Shown: positions 39,871 through 53,518 of the stretch, piece by piece
Layout: each line of letters starts with the position of its first letter
Numbering within the stretch: the first letter of the stretch is position 1
Source of the DNA: Eledone cirrhosa
Taxonomy: Eukaryota
Direction: 5' to 3'
Assembly (NCBI GenBank): GCA_964016885.1
Contig: OZ024746.1
Span: forward strand, 77,624,001-77,688,000
DNA: 64,000 nt
The notes under the pieces: generated by a model
Told to the model about the DNA's origin: nothing
Database searches by the model: none
What the model saw: only the letters and a program-made list of their open reading frames with translations
Program-made: the position numbers and the translations under genes

Positions 39871-40530
39871 GGAATAATACTAATCTTTTCTTTCGTACCC
39901 GGCAGGACTTATAAACAATGAGAACAATACAAGATGATTGTGTGTTGGTTTTCATGAAAGCATGTAAAAAGGAGAATTATCAAAACAAAGGGGTAACAAT
40001 AACATTCTGAGAAAGATTTCCTAAGTATATTCGTGGGAATCCCACAAAACATGGTTAAGCTGATCCCTAAGGCAAGTGGCTTCTCTTAGCTGTCATCTCT
40101 ATATATATATGCATCACTTGGCCTATGCTTGCCACTCTCATTCACCTTTTAATGAATTAATAAATTGTAGTGAATTAATAAATTAATAAATTATAGTGAA
40201 TTAATAAATTAATAAATTATAGTGAAAAAAGTTGAAGTCTTGGTCAAAGAAGAAAATATCTGTCTTCAATAATAATAGTAATAATAATAATAATAATAAC
40301 AAGAACAAGATAATGAAAATATGATTAATCATGATGATAACAGGAACAAGACAATGAAAATAAGACTAATAATGATAACAACAACAACAACAACTGACAA
40401 GGTGCAGTTTGTTCATCAAGATATATATCACAGTTGAAACTACACACACAAACACACAAATATATGTATGTCTGTGTGTGTATCTCTGTATATGTGTCTG
40501 TGTGTGTATATATATATGTATGTGTGTGTG

Positions 40531-40563
<33 letters not shown>

Positions 40564-40634
40564 ATATATATATATATATGTATATATATGTATGTATGTA
40601 TGTATGTATATATATGTATGTATATATGTATATA

Positions 40635-41195
40635 TCATCATCATCATCATCATCATCAACGTTTAACGTCCGTGTTCCACGCTTGCATGGGTTTGGACGG
40701 GGGTTTTCCCACTTGAGGCAAGAGTGATTGTCTTGCTCGCATAGGACTGTCTGGCTGGTTTTCTACAGTTGGATGCCCTTCCTAACACCAACCACATTTA
40801 CAGTGTGGGTCTGGGAGGTTTTTACCGTGTTGCCTACACGGCCACATTACAGCGTGGACTGTGTGTTTTTTTGTCGTGACACCTACACGATCTCATTTGT
40901 TTCGGCCTGGATGGTGTGGCACCAACATAACTTTACATAGAAGGGGGCGGTGTGGATGGGGTGGGGGTGGTGGGACTGGGGTGTATTTTGTTAGAGATGC
41001 CTACTGACTGTAGTAGGTTTTACTTTGTATTTAGGTAAGGCGGGTCTTCTCTATTACTGAGTACCGCCAAAGGTCTCGGTCCAGTGACATTGTCTTGGTG
41101 AGGTGTAAGTGTGTGAGGTCGAAGTTTATTAGCTCGTCCCAGGTTTTTCTGGGTCTGCCTATTCCGTGGCTACTTTGTTATACAGCTATCGTCCT
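40635..41195 (-). mobile_element. RTE LINE 3' end with a ~400-nt 3' UTR
   Basis: Minus strand IGRPRKTWDELINFDLTHLHLTKTMSLDRDLWRYSVIEKTRLT* (stop 41031-33), then a long UTR and (GAT)n; sister copy at 61628-62048. Confidence 0.88.
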
Positions 41196-41347
41196 TCATA
41201 TGTATGTATGTATATATATGTATATATATATGTATGTATATATATATGTATATGTATATGTATATATGTATGTATATATATATGTATATGTATATATATA
41301 TGTATGTATATATGTATGTATGTATATATGTATGTATGTATAAATAT

Positions 41348-41935
41348 GTCAGGTCACCAGTTGGTGCTACTGGTAACATGTATCCCAGTACAACCTGTCC
41401 CATGGTCGTTGGCGACTAAACTGGCAACCCCACCAAGGTTTCTTGATGAGGAAGGTGACTTTGGACATCCTGCAGAACTAAAAACAAAACCTGTCAAAAG
41501 GGCAAAGGAGCTCAATAGCCATCCAAAATCACCGGGAGAGATGACCCTTTAGCCTTTGTCAAGGCAGAATTCTAGGAGAAAGAAAGCTCTGATATAACAC
41601 TTGCAACCCTGATGGTATCCAATGATGTTGACTTGTTCTTCTTTTTGGTAAATATCATCTTGGTTAAGGGAGTGGGACTGGCTTTGTGCAGTGCCTTTGC
41701 TCACTATAAAAGCTTCACGGCACAGGCATTGCTTTATATCTGGAGATCTCTCTGCACTTGTCGTCACATGGTACCATGGGCCCAGCACTATGTGTCAATG
41801 ATTGTCACAAGTGTAGTGTTTGTACCAGAGTTTTCAAGTCGCTGGCTGGACTAAAAAGTTCAGCGCATCGGTAGGGGTTCTCCTACATGGATATAAAGTT
41901 ATGACCGTACTCGAAAACGAGTTGGCAGCCACCAT
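41348..41935 (+). mobile_element. Non-coding retroposon with an RTE-5'UTR-like segment and a (TA)n tail
   Basis: Contains gtcgttggcgactaaa and ttctaggagaaagaaagctctgat (reminiscent of RTE 5' UTRs); the terminus gtactcgaaaacgagttggcagccacc(at)n is shared with 39595-39655. Confidence 0.6.
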
Positions 41936-41968
41936 ATATATGTATGTATATATATATATATATATGTT

Positions 41969-42022
<54 letters not shown>

Positions 42023-42059
42023 TATAATATATATATACATATATATAATATATATATAC

Positions 42060-42222
<163 letters not shown>

Positions 42223-43275
42223 CACATATATCATACATATATACATACATACATATATATATATATAACTAATAGTGTCTTGACATTTTAATAGCATTTC
42301 GGTAGTTGATCAAATACAAAAGCCCCGATCAGCGCTACCACCCCTACCACTCCTCTCTTTCCACTCCTCTCTTTCCACTCCCTTTGTTTATGATAAGTGA
42401 ACTGATTACATGGCATTTTATGGTATATTTGTTTCAAAGTGGAGTGGTGAGGGGAGGCTGTTTTGTTATTATGTTCTGTGAAGCTTGTAATATTATTATT
42501 ATTATGAAACTTGCTCAATTGATTACACCATTGACACTTTTCACTTTATTAATATCTTGAAGTTTGCCACTCCAAATTATTAACTTTTATTCATTTTCTT
42601 CTTGTTTGAAAACACATTTAACCTTTTCGTTGCCATATCCCCAATGAAAGACACTGCCTATTATTTTCAATTAACTTTGTAAATAATCAAGAATTTTGGA
42701 AGATTTTAGTAATTACATCCAGCGTTTTTTCTTTTTTTTTTTTGTTGTTATTATGCTTGTGTTTGTAATATAACAACATAATTTAACAATGGTTCTCTCA
42801 TAGAATTTAATATGATTATAACTATAAGAACCAAGAAAAGACAACATCAAAATGCGTGTTTGATAAACAGATCTTTATTGCTGACTCAACATTGAGTTGT
42901 TTTCCTTTACTCCCGTTGCATTATGGGAATCTCCATTGCATTCAACAATTGAAACCCTTTTGCTGCCTGCTTGCATGCTCTACATTCAATACATTAGTTG
43001 AGAATAAGCATAGTTATTATATAGAAATGGCTCCTATTATTTTCTGTGTTTCTACATTGCTACATTTTTAAAGAATATATATATATATATATCATCATCA
43101 TCCCTGCAATCACAGTCAAAGTCTACAATTCATGAGTTTCCATTGCTCTTGGTAACTTCACCCTAATGAGGTTTGTATCAGAGTTGATTGATGAATGTTA
43201 GAGGAGGTTGTCCTCTACTGTGTTTCCTCTGAGTTACACTCCCTGTTCAAATTAGCAATTGCAAAACCAAAAAAT

Positions 43276-43329
<54 letters not shown>

Positions 43330-43331
<2 letters not shown>

Positions 43332-43648
43332 TCGGTCATGGATGACCATGAGATCTGTACCTAGAAAGTTCCTCTCTGGGCAAAGTTGTTTGTGGAAGAC
43401 GAGCAGTCGCCCATGCATACCAGCCCCCCCCCCCCCCCCACCACCGATGTTGTCCAAGGGAAAGGCAATGGCCGATACAGCTTGGCACCAGTGACATTGC
43501 AACTCATTTCTGCAGCTGAGTGAACAGGAGCAATGTGAAATAAAGTGTCTTGCTCAAGGACACAGCCTATTACCCAATCTGAGAATCAAACTTTCAATCT
43601 CCCACTTGCAAGCCCAATGTTCTAACCACTCAGTCATGTGCCTTCATG
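43330..43648 (-). mobile_element. tRNA-headed SINE (family B head, alternative body)
   Basis: ggcacatgactgagtggttagaac head; gtccttgagcaagacactttatttcacattgctcc core. Confidence 0.85.
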
Positions 43649-44301
43649 CACAGACAGAGAGAGAAAGAGAAACTATGCCAGTATGGAAAAATAGACAATG
43701 ATGATGGTGGTGGTGGTGATGATGTATGCTCAAGGCAAAACTGTAGAGCTATGTATATAAGTAGATGCCAGTTGATTTTGTATATTATGCAATATTGTGG
43801 GAATGGAGATTAATTTGAAAATCAAATAAACTAGATACATATGTAATAGGGTAGGTATTCTTACCTATGTTCTTAAGTCATTTATTTTCATAGGTTAAAG
43901 TTAACAGTTAGGGTTAATAATTAGAGTTAATAAGGGTTAATTGTATTAAGAAAGGCCATGGCCTACCAATATCATTCAGAACTTTTAAAGTCAGGTTTTC
44001 TTTTATTTGAAGTTTCTGTTAATTTAGACATTTTCAAATTCAATAGACCTCTGTCTGCATTTCCAACTCTAAATTATTCCTACAAAATTACTTATTGAGC
44101 TGCATCTGACAATGGCAAACCACTTCTCATGATTGTTGAAGTGATAATCTTTGGCAAGTTTATAACTTTGTGATGCCTTCAGGCCTATAAGCCATCCAAC
44201 TTGTTGCATCAAACATCTATCTACTCACTGTGCCTGCTTTCACAGCTTCTCTTGTCTTCTTCATCTTATACTAATTTTATTGAACGTAAGTGGATGTAAA
44301 T

Positions 44302-44575
44302 TTAACCCTTTCCTTACCATATATTTCTCATGAAATACACTGCCTCTGATTTTCAGATAATTTTGAAAATAATCAAGAATTTGAGATGATTTTAGAATAT
44401 AACTAACTTTCAAATTATTAACCCTTTTGTTACCATATTTCCCATGAAAGACTCTGCCGCTGATTTTAAAATAATTTTGAAAATAATAAATTATTTGCAA
44501 ATGAAAGACAGCCTATGATTTTCAAAATTTTGAAAACAATCAAGAGGGATTTAGTAATATAATTGAACATTAGGT
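44302..44575 (+). mobile_element. Nested or tandem 5' ends of the family 2 TTAA MITE
   Basis: ttaacccttt..ttaccatat at 44302 and 44418, with a third partial unit near 44500. Confidence 0.65.
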
Positions 44576-45654
44576 AAAGATTTAGCAGAACATAAAACAG
44601 ATTTGTTAATTCAAATGTTTATAATATCTTTACTTGTGAACTGATCGTTTAGACATAAACTGTTTTAATAGTCATGTATATGTTTATAATACTGTCATGT
44701 ATATGTTTGTGCACTTGTTTACTGTTTGTTTATGTCCTATAATTTTGCAGTTTGATAAAAAGGGATTAATAAAATAAGTACTTGACTTGAAATAATAATA
44801 CTGGGGTTCATATGATCAGCTAAAATCCCTTTTGCTATAGCCCCAGTCTAATAACTGAAACCAGTAAAAATATAAATATTAAACTTGAGTAAAGCAAACC
44901 AGATCTTTACAACAATTTCCGTGTGGTGAGCAAATAGTTCACAGATGCACTCATAAATCCCAACAGAAAAATGCACTTCATTTCCTCTCTTATATATTCT
45001 AACATTTGTAAACCTTTTCTGCACATTGTATGAGATAGTTATGGCTTTCAACGATATTTTTTGATTGATGCATTGTGGTGTTCTTGAAATCCTTCATGAA
45101 TCGATGCAGTTATAGAACCGTACGTGTTTCCTTATTTAATAGCCAAGCTATGATGTATTGTTGAAGTTCCAGTATTAGGTGTAGATCAATGCTGTTCAGA
45201 TACTTCTTTTACAAACTATTTTTCTAGCATCCAACCAGACCTCTTCCTCCATCCTATTTTTGCTTGTCATCCATACTTACTTGAAACATTCTTTTCAATG
45301 CAGCTTTCCAAATGATTTATCTACTTAACAGCATAGATTCTAGCATGCCTGGGTCTTGAAACTCATCCAAAAGGAATTTGTTTTTTCTTTCTCTTACAAC
45401 ACTTTAAGAACAGAAAAGAAGATATACTTTTTTTTTTTGCAATGATTTAAACTTTTTTTTTTTTTTTTTCAATAAAAAATGGGGGTAACTATTTGGCTGA
45501 TAGCAGTTGTATGTGAGTGTATGTGTGAGTTTTATCCCCAATTTTATTCAACTATATTATCATCAATTTACATTGTAAGTAGCCTTTGCAAGCAGCAAAA
45601 ACATTCTTTTTATTTTAAATTATAATAATTGGTGTTGCTATTGTTATTGTTAAT

Positions 45655-45965
45655 GGATTGGCAGATTTCTCAAAGAGTCAGAGAGAACGGCTTGTTGTTA
45701 CATTCTGAGTTCAAGTCTCACTGACAAAATAATGTCAACTTTGATTTTATCTGTCAATAATATAAAGATTATAATCATCATCACCACCACTACCCCCACC
45801 GTGGTAGAGTGTCGGACAACATGCTTCGCAGCATAGTTACAGCCCTTTACATTCTGAGTTCAAATCCCGGTTGATAAAATAAAGTACCAGTAATGTACTT
45901 GGTCGATTTATTTGACTTTCACCTCTCCCAAAAATTGTTGGCCTTGTGCCTAAATCAAAAACTAT
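45655..45965 (+). mobile_element. Two partial family A SINEs
   Basis: ttctgagttcaa motifs and the ataaaataaagtaccag..ggccttgtgcctaaatc tail. Confidence 0.75.
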
Positions 45966-45967
45966 TG

Positions 45968-46004
<37 letters not shown>

Positions 46005-46879
46005 GTGTTGTGTATCTAATAGTTGTAATTGTTACATCTTGTTTTTGAAATCCTGCAGATGATATATATATATAGATACACACACACACACACACACACA
46101 CACATTTACATATGCATGCATGTATGTATGTGTATGTATGTGTGTGTGTGTTTATTTGGGCTGTCTTATGCTATTTGTAATATACCAATGATTATATATA
46201 TAATGTATAATAAACAATACAATATAATTACCTCATTACCAGAGGTTTCCCGAATAAGACGAATACGAAAAACGTCCTCATTCGTTCATCGGGCAAGGCA
46301 ATTTAAAACATAGTGAAATATTTGAAAAATCTCCTCAAGAAAGGCAAGAGTTTTACGGGCAAAAAAAATAAAGCAAGAGATATATAAAAATAAGGAAATA
46401 TAGTGAGGGTATGTGTATAAATGTGTATATATTCACTCATATGTACATATGTGTCTATGTAGATATGTGTGTATGTACAAATGCATGTGACTTTTTCAAT
46501 TTTCAACGGAAACTTCAATACTTATATATATATATATATATAATGGTATATATTATATTTAATTTCGGATATATTTGTGTATAGTTGTATATATTGTATA
46601 TATTTTTGGATATTGTACATTATATACATATATATTATCTGTATTGGAAATATTGCACGGATTTTTTTTCTTCTTTTTATCAAAGTATCTTCCAAAATAA
46701 TTGTATCTGTCAGGAAACAGCTCTTTCCCTCTTCCAATTCTCTTTGACAACAATATTGGGACAATTTCCCTTTATTTATTTCAAATTACATTCTCTCTTT
46801 ATGATAAGATTCTGTGATACTTGTAGAGTTTCACGTATATATGTACATTCATATGCGTGTGCACCCCCACGACTGGCAC

Positions 46880-47165
46880 TTTATCAACCTGCAAAGTTGG
46901 CTCTGGTGGAATTTGAACTCAGAACACAGTGTAGTGGAACAAATACTGCTAGGCATTTAATCCAGCACCCTAACAACTCAGCCAATTTGCTGGCAGTGTA
47001 TAATAATGGTTTCTACATTTGGCACAAGGCCAGCAATTACCTCAGTGCATTACTGGTGCAATTACCTCAGTGCATTTTATCGGACCTGTAAGGATGACAG
47101 GCAAAGTTAACGTTGGCGGGATTTGAACTCAGAACGTAAAGGGCCATAACTCTATGCTACTGCCA
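46880..47165 (-). mobile_element. Two family A SINE fragments
   Basis: atttgaactcagaac occurs twice; ggcacaaggccagcaattacctcagtgcatt is locally duplicated. Confidence 0.75.
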
Positions 47166-47488
47166 ATATCCCCAATACACAATGTAAAGTGGTTAGTGTT
47201 AAGAAGGGCATCCGGGTTGCAGAAACTTGCTAAACAAAGAAATGAGAAGATTCTTCAGTTGTGTCTCAGATATGACGACCTTTCTAGTGCTGGTGCTATT
47301 CTGTAGAGTGCAGGAACTCTACAGTAAGCAAGATGCAACCCTTGGCTTATCTGAGAAGTCAATAGTTCTGAGTAAGCATTGATTTCATTTACGACCACCC
47401 GTCCAACCCTTGAGAGCAGAGAAAATGTATGATGTAGCTCTAACTATGCAAAGCTCTGAGCTCTGTTTAGGAAAACCTATTTATAGGT

Positions 47489-47707
47489 TTGACCCTTTAG
47501 CATTTACATTACTCTACTATTGTATTTTTGCAGTAAAGGCTTTATCTCACGTAATATCGAATCTACAAGATTTTGATGATGATGATATTTATTTTGAGAA
47601 CAATACCTTAACATCAGTATGAACAGCTGGTTATGGTCAGTTTGAACAGAAAGAGGTGAGAGAATTCTGGCTGGATACGGCCAGTTTAAATTCTAATTAA
47701 AGGTTGA
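47489..47707 (-). mobile_element. piggyBac-like MITE family 1 (degenerate)
   Basis: ccctttagcatttacatt .. aacagaaagaggtgagagaattctggctggatacgg. Confidence 0.8.
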
Positions 47708-48116
47708 ATTCTAACTAGTAGTTTCTGAACTAATCTGTCTCATAATAAATGCCTCGTGTCAGTCGAGACAAATGCTGTTATATGGCTAATTTCTCTCCTA
47801 AAATAGTAAATTTTGCATGAGTTTCTGCAACACTAGAGAGGTTGATGTACCCTTGAAACAACTGAAGTTTTTTTTTCAACCCATTGCTTTCTACAGTTGG
47901 ATGCCTTTCTTAACTTCAAAAGCATGTAGATGCTTGATCTAGTGGTGAGGGTTTTAGAATTATGATTATATGTCTGTGGGTTCAATGTTCAGACCAGGTT
48001 GTATGATTTCACATTGTTCCTGTGCACTCATCGCCCCCCCCCCCCAAAAAAAGGGTATTGGCACCAGGTAGGAGGTGGGAGTGTGGGGGTAGTCTTGTAA
48101 TAGACTGTATTCTTAC

Positions 48117-48302
48117 TAGGGCTGGATTAACCATTAAACAAAATAAACATATGCTTAGGGCATCTAATTATTCTAATGAAATGTAATTTTTATCACCCCA
48201 CCCCCAACAAATTCTTTTTGTAAACTTTATATATAGGTAGGGAAAGAGTGTACTATATTCTTGTAAGTGCTTAGAACCTCAAAAGGAATTAATCCAGCCC
48301 CA
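48117..48302. mobile_element. hAT-like MITE
   Basis: TIRs gggctggattaa / ttaatccagccc; flanks attcttac / actcttag resemble a decayed 8-bp TSD; inserted into an old SINE. Confidence 0.65.
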
Positions 48303-48716
48303 ACTCTTAGTCACTTAATAACACTTGAAATTACGATAAGCTCCAGTCTGAGGAGCCTCTTGGCTAAAAAATAAAAGAGTTTAACTTTCTAACTTAAGCT
48401 TAAAATCTTTACTTTCTCCTCTGTATGTCTGAGGGTGGGTTAGATATATATGTTGAGAAAGAGATAGAACCAGTGGGATTCAAAAACTCATTGGAATTTA
48501 ACAGAACTAACTAAGAAAATACTTGTTTGCTTTATAGTAAAGCTGTTGGTGGCAGTGAGAAATGTTCAACTCATCTTGTGCTATATCTAGATACCAAAGC
48601 TAAGGCTTGGCCATCGAACCCAGTAAGGTATTGGCAATAGCATATGGACTGACAACTCTTTAGTTTATCAGGCTGCTCTGTTGTTGTCTCAAACATCTGC
48701 AGGTTTCATTCTAAGC

Positions 48717-48946
48717 TTAACCCTTTAGCATTTAAACCGGCTGTATCCAGCCAGAATTGTCTCACCTCTTTCGGTTCAAACTGGCTGCAACTGGTCACTC
48801 ATACATATGTTAAGATATTGTTTTCAAAATAAATAATATCAAAATCTTACAGATTTGATATTATGTGAAATAATTATATGAGATAAAGTGTTTACCGCAA
48901 AAATACATATACAATAGTATATATAATGTAAATGCTAAAGGGTTAA
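48717..48946 (+). mobile_element. piggyBac-like MITE family 1
   Basis: TTAA-ccctttagcattta ... taaatgctaaaggg-TTAA, perfect TIRs. Confidence 0.92.
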
Positions 48947-50396
48947 CTTCTCCCCAAGTTTGATCAGGGTCTCTATTATGGTAATAGAGAGTGTAATATA
49001 TCATCATCATCATCATCATCACCAGCAGCATTTTACATCTGTTCCTCCATGCCAGCATGGATTGGATGGATAATTTTTTTGCTTACAGTTTATTTTTAGC
49101 TTGGTCTCTACTCTACAACTGGATGCCTTTCTTAATGCAACCATCTTTACCGAGCATACTGGGTACATTTTATAGTGGCACCAACAAATTATTTTGTGTG
49201 CCTTTTGTGGCGTCCACTCTATTGGAAGCATCCATGGTAAACCTTCAGTTTGGGAATACCTTCCTCCCTTCTACCAGTCTCAGAGTCCTTGAAAATGATT
49301 TGAGGCACTGTACTCTCCCCCTTAGCCGCCTGACTGAACAACTTTTAAAAAGAAAAAAAAAAAATGATTGAAAATTATACCTGGAAAGGTTCTGCAGAGT
49401 TAAAATGGACAGCCATATAGTATATGGTGTTATCATTTAAGTTTCTGTGTTAACCACGATGTGTATGGAACTCTTAATTGAAATGGGGGAGATAGTGAGA
49501 AATGAGGTGGGTTTTATGGTTTTGGTTGAATATGAGTTTAAAATAGTTCTTTCAGAAGAAACTAACATGGATAGAATTAATTGAATTTGTTTCTGGAATT
49601 CTCTGTGTTTGATCATGGAGTTTCGAATTTCCTATTTTCGTTTTTGCTTCTGATTCAAGTTGTATTTCACCTACGTCTGGATGGAAATTTGGGAGCTCTG
49701 TGGTATGGCTATAGACATTATTTTGCAGGTGGAGGCATTACACACACACACACACATATATACACACACACACATATATAGTGACATGCTTACTTAAGTG
49801 GTATGTGTGCTCCATTTTGAATCAGAGGCGAAACAAATACATGACTACTGGATGTATGGCTGCTGGTGATGATGATGGCAATGGTGATGGTGGAGAAAGA
49901 GGATGCTGTTTGGCTTTAAAGAGCTACTTTCATGTTGGAAATGATGCCATAAAATAATGGATTCAGTCTGAAGTATGAATTCAGAATGTAGGAATCTAAA
50001 GCTTTGAAGCTGTAATAGTTCTATTAGGGAAAGGAGAGAAAAAATAAATAAATACCCCCCCCCCCTCCATCCTCCTCCTTCTCATCTTTACTTTCAGATA
50101 TTTCTGGTGATGATGAAGCTACGTAGGAAGCAGTGAAAGTTGTGACAATTCCTGAATGTGTGTAAATAAAGATATTGCAATCTTTCTATTAAAAAATAAT
50201 AACAACAACAACAACAAACAAACAAGCAAAAACGAAAATAGGCAGGTCTTTTTTTTTTTTTTTAATTTTATTAAATGTTTCATAGAAATTTTAAAGATTT
50301 TTTTTTTAATCGTCATCACCAACATCCTGACTTCAATCATCAACAGTCTGTTTTTTTCTTCCATGTTGGCATCTCATGGGAGATCTCTTGAGTGTT

Positions 50397-50609
50397 TTAA
50401 CTCTTAATGTCCTGTAGCACATGAAACTGCATTGGTAAGACAATCTTGAAAAGCACAAAACAGCTCTACATTAAAAATGAAAGTCTTTACTTTACTGCCA
50501 ATGTTTTTTATGATGTGTCCACTCAGAAATATACTTTGAACATTTGAATTAGCAAATCTATTTTTAGACATTTTCTTTTACTAAATTATTACAGGATGTT
50601 ATGAGTTAA
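50397..50609 (+). mobile_element. TTAA-flanked MITE family 3
   Basis: TTAA-ctcttaatgtcctgta ... tacaggatgttatgag-TTAA; related partial copies near 25522 and 51191. Confidence 0.7.
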
Positions 50610-52011
50610 TAAACAAGGCTCCAGTTCTATCATGTCACCAGTTTTCTAATGACATGAGGTAGGATTTGAACTCAGAATGCACATTGAGCCAGAAGAGATA
50701 TCACAAGTCATCCTGTCTAATGCTCTAACAATTCTGCCAATCTACCTGCAAAAACATTTGGAAAATGAATCCAAACAGAAAACTTAGAAGTAAAATATTA
50801 GCTGCTGCTTTAATTGAACAACCACGAAGAAGACAAAGCTTGTTATTTTAATCTGCAATAAAGTGTTAAGTTAATCTGCAAATTAAACATAACAAGAAGA
50901 AGAATGAAATGATAGATAACTTTATAAATCTATGTCAAAAGTTATTCTTAAATGAAGTGTAGCTCTCTTGTCATTGAAATATTAACCATTCATATCAGTA
51001 TTCAACAATTAGTCATTCTGCATCTATGTAAATATTGCTGAATGGTTAAGATGTACACTTTGCAATCATGAGCTTCTTAGTTTGATCTCAGCCAGTAACT
51101 GGTAATTTTAAGCAACTGTCTTTACCACAACCTCAGGTTAACCCAAGCCCTATGAGCGAAATTTCCTCCATAAAAGTATGATGGAATGTGTTAATTCTTA
51201 ATGTCCTGTACTATATGGAATAAGAAATCTCAAAAAACTCTGATGACATCACTTTAAAAATTGAAGTATTTACTTTAATTCTGCAAATGTACAAAACAGT
51301 TTGTCTACTAGTAAAGATACTATAAGATACATTTGAATTATCAAACCTGTTTTTAGATATCCTCTGTGCACCACCACTACACCCCCACCACACACACACG
51401 CACGCACGCACGCACACACGCACGCACGCACACACACACACACACACCACCACCACTACCACCATCACTACCACTATTTTGTTAATTTTTGGGCACAGGT
51501 AAGTATTTGTCCAAGTCATAATATAATGAGAACAAGTTTATTTGCTGAAACAGTTGTAAGTAATAATAACATGATAAAACTTCATGTTTGCTGTGTTTTT
51601 GTAGTGTGTGTGTGTGTTATGTGTATATATGTGTATGTGTATATATGAGTGTTTGAGAGAGAAAGAGAGAGCAACAGTCTGTCCAAAGCTGTGTTGTCTG
51701 AACAGCTTTTGTGTGAATCAAAATGCTTGCAGTCAGATCAGATATTCTGATGTCACATACACTTTACTGTCAATGTTTGTTTAATCTTCAGTCTTGCTTG
51801 TTTATACTTGAGAACAATTGAGAATATATCAAATAAAATAAACATATACATAAATAACTACTACTACTGCTGCTGCCATCAACATCACCACTGCCATTAC
51901 TACTACTACTACTACCACCACCACCACCACCACCAATAATAATAATAATAATAACAACAACAATAATTTATTAGCCATAAGGGCACCAGATGAAGAAAAC
52001 ATTTCAAGCAC

Positions 52012-52049
<38 letters not shown>

Positions 52050-52480
52050 AATAATAATGATTAGAGATAAAGAGAGAGTGAGTGAGTGAGAAGAGAAAGA
52101 GAGAAAAAATAGATTTAGTGAAGAAAATGTCTTTGATAAATTGCTGTTTTCTCACCAAATATATACTGCAGGCTATCAATTTGAGAAAGTGGGTATTGAA
52201 CAGAAACAATTAACACTTATCTATTTTTAAATCTATTATTTTAATAATTTCTGACTTCCATTTGATTGATTTTTATTTGTTTTCTCCTTCTTTCTTTTTT
52301 TCGTTCATTTTTTTTTTTATTATATATATATATAAAAAAAAATGTTTTTTCCTTCTTTTCCTGTTTTTTTCTTTCTTTTTTTCCCTGATTTCTCCCCCTC
52401 TCCTTTGCAATACATGAAAAGTATCTAGTTAACCTCTTTGCTAATGGAAAAATAATTTTTTGTGATTTTCTACAAATTAA

Positions 52481-52554
<74 letters not shown>

Positions 52555-52619
52555 GTCTATCTCTGTGTTTCCTGTTCCTTATGTCTCTCTCTCTCTCTCT
52601 GTGTTTCCTGTTCCTTATG

Positions 52620-52650
<31 letters not shown>

Positions 52651-53192
52651 GTGTTTCCTGTTCCTTATGTCTCGCTCTCTCTCTCACTACCACTTCAATT
52701 CATTCATTCTTGCTTTCTGTTTTCATCTTTCACCTCTCTTATCAATATAATGCTGTTGCTTCCAGACAAAAAATTTGATCATTATATCCGTACACACACA
52801 CACACACTCACACACAGATACAGACACATTTATGTATACACATATATACACACACACATTTATGTATACACATATATACACACACACACATGTATGTATG
52901 TATACATACCTGTATACACACATACATATATATTCCCATGTTGTTATTGTATAATAGTTTATTATTTTCTTTCATTAAACTAAATTGGTGGTCTGCACCA
53001 TTTTCATTGACACCCCCTCCCCCTCCCTCTAACATCCCCCCCTCTCACCTACCCCCCCCCTCTCTCTCTCTATATATATATATAGCTATCTGCCTATCCA
53101 TTTTCTTTGAATACTTTCACACTTCACTTCACATGGCTTTTAATTCTCCCCTCCTCTCTCTCTCTCTGTATATATATATATATATACATAAG

Positions 53193-53259
<67 letters not shown>

Positions 53260-53518
53260 CCATCCATTGCCATTGTTTCTTAATACTACCTTAAGAGTCT
53301 TTAGAAGTTACTGGTCTGCAATATGTGCACTGACCAAACTTTAGCAAACACTATAGCCGATCAGTGAATGAGCAGGTACAGTGTAATGTTTCTGCTCAAT
53401 AAAACGACAAGAAGCTCCTTCAATCCTCTCAAGCTGTTGGCAATCAGTATTGTTCACTGGTGCCTGAACTTCTCTCCTTTGTGTATTGCTTGCTAAACAA
53501 CACGCTACTCTTATTCTC

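Noticed and set aside
46236-46518. Possible MITE with gaggtttccc / ggaaacttc ends
   Set aside because: The terminal match is too short and no TSD is visible.
50080-50160. Acceptor-like ctttactttcag followed by DISGDDEAT
   Set aside because: Weak donor, immediate stop codon and no recognisable homology.
51475-51504. cag|gtaagt as a recursive splice site
   Set aside because: The pyrimidine tract is interrupted by gggca, the segment resembles a decayed SINE A tail, and no host gene is identified.
52560-52685. Three copies of ctgtgtttcctgttccttatgtc between (CT)n runs
   Set aside because: Ordinary slippage duplication; no function indicated.
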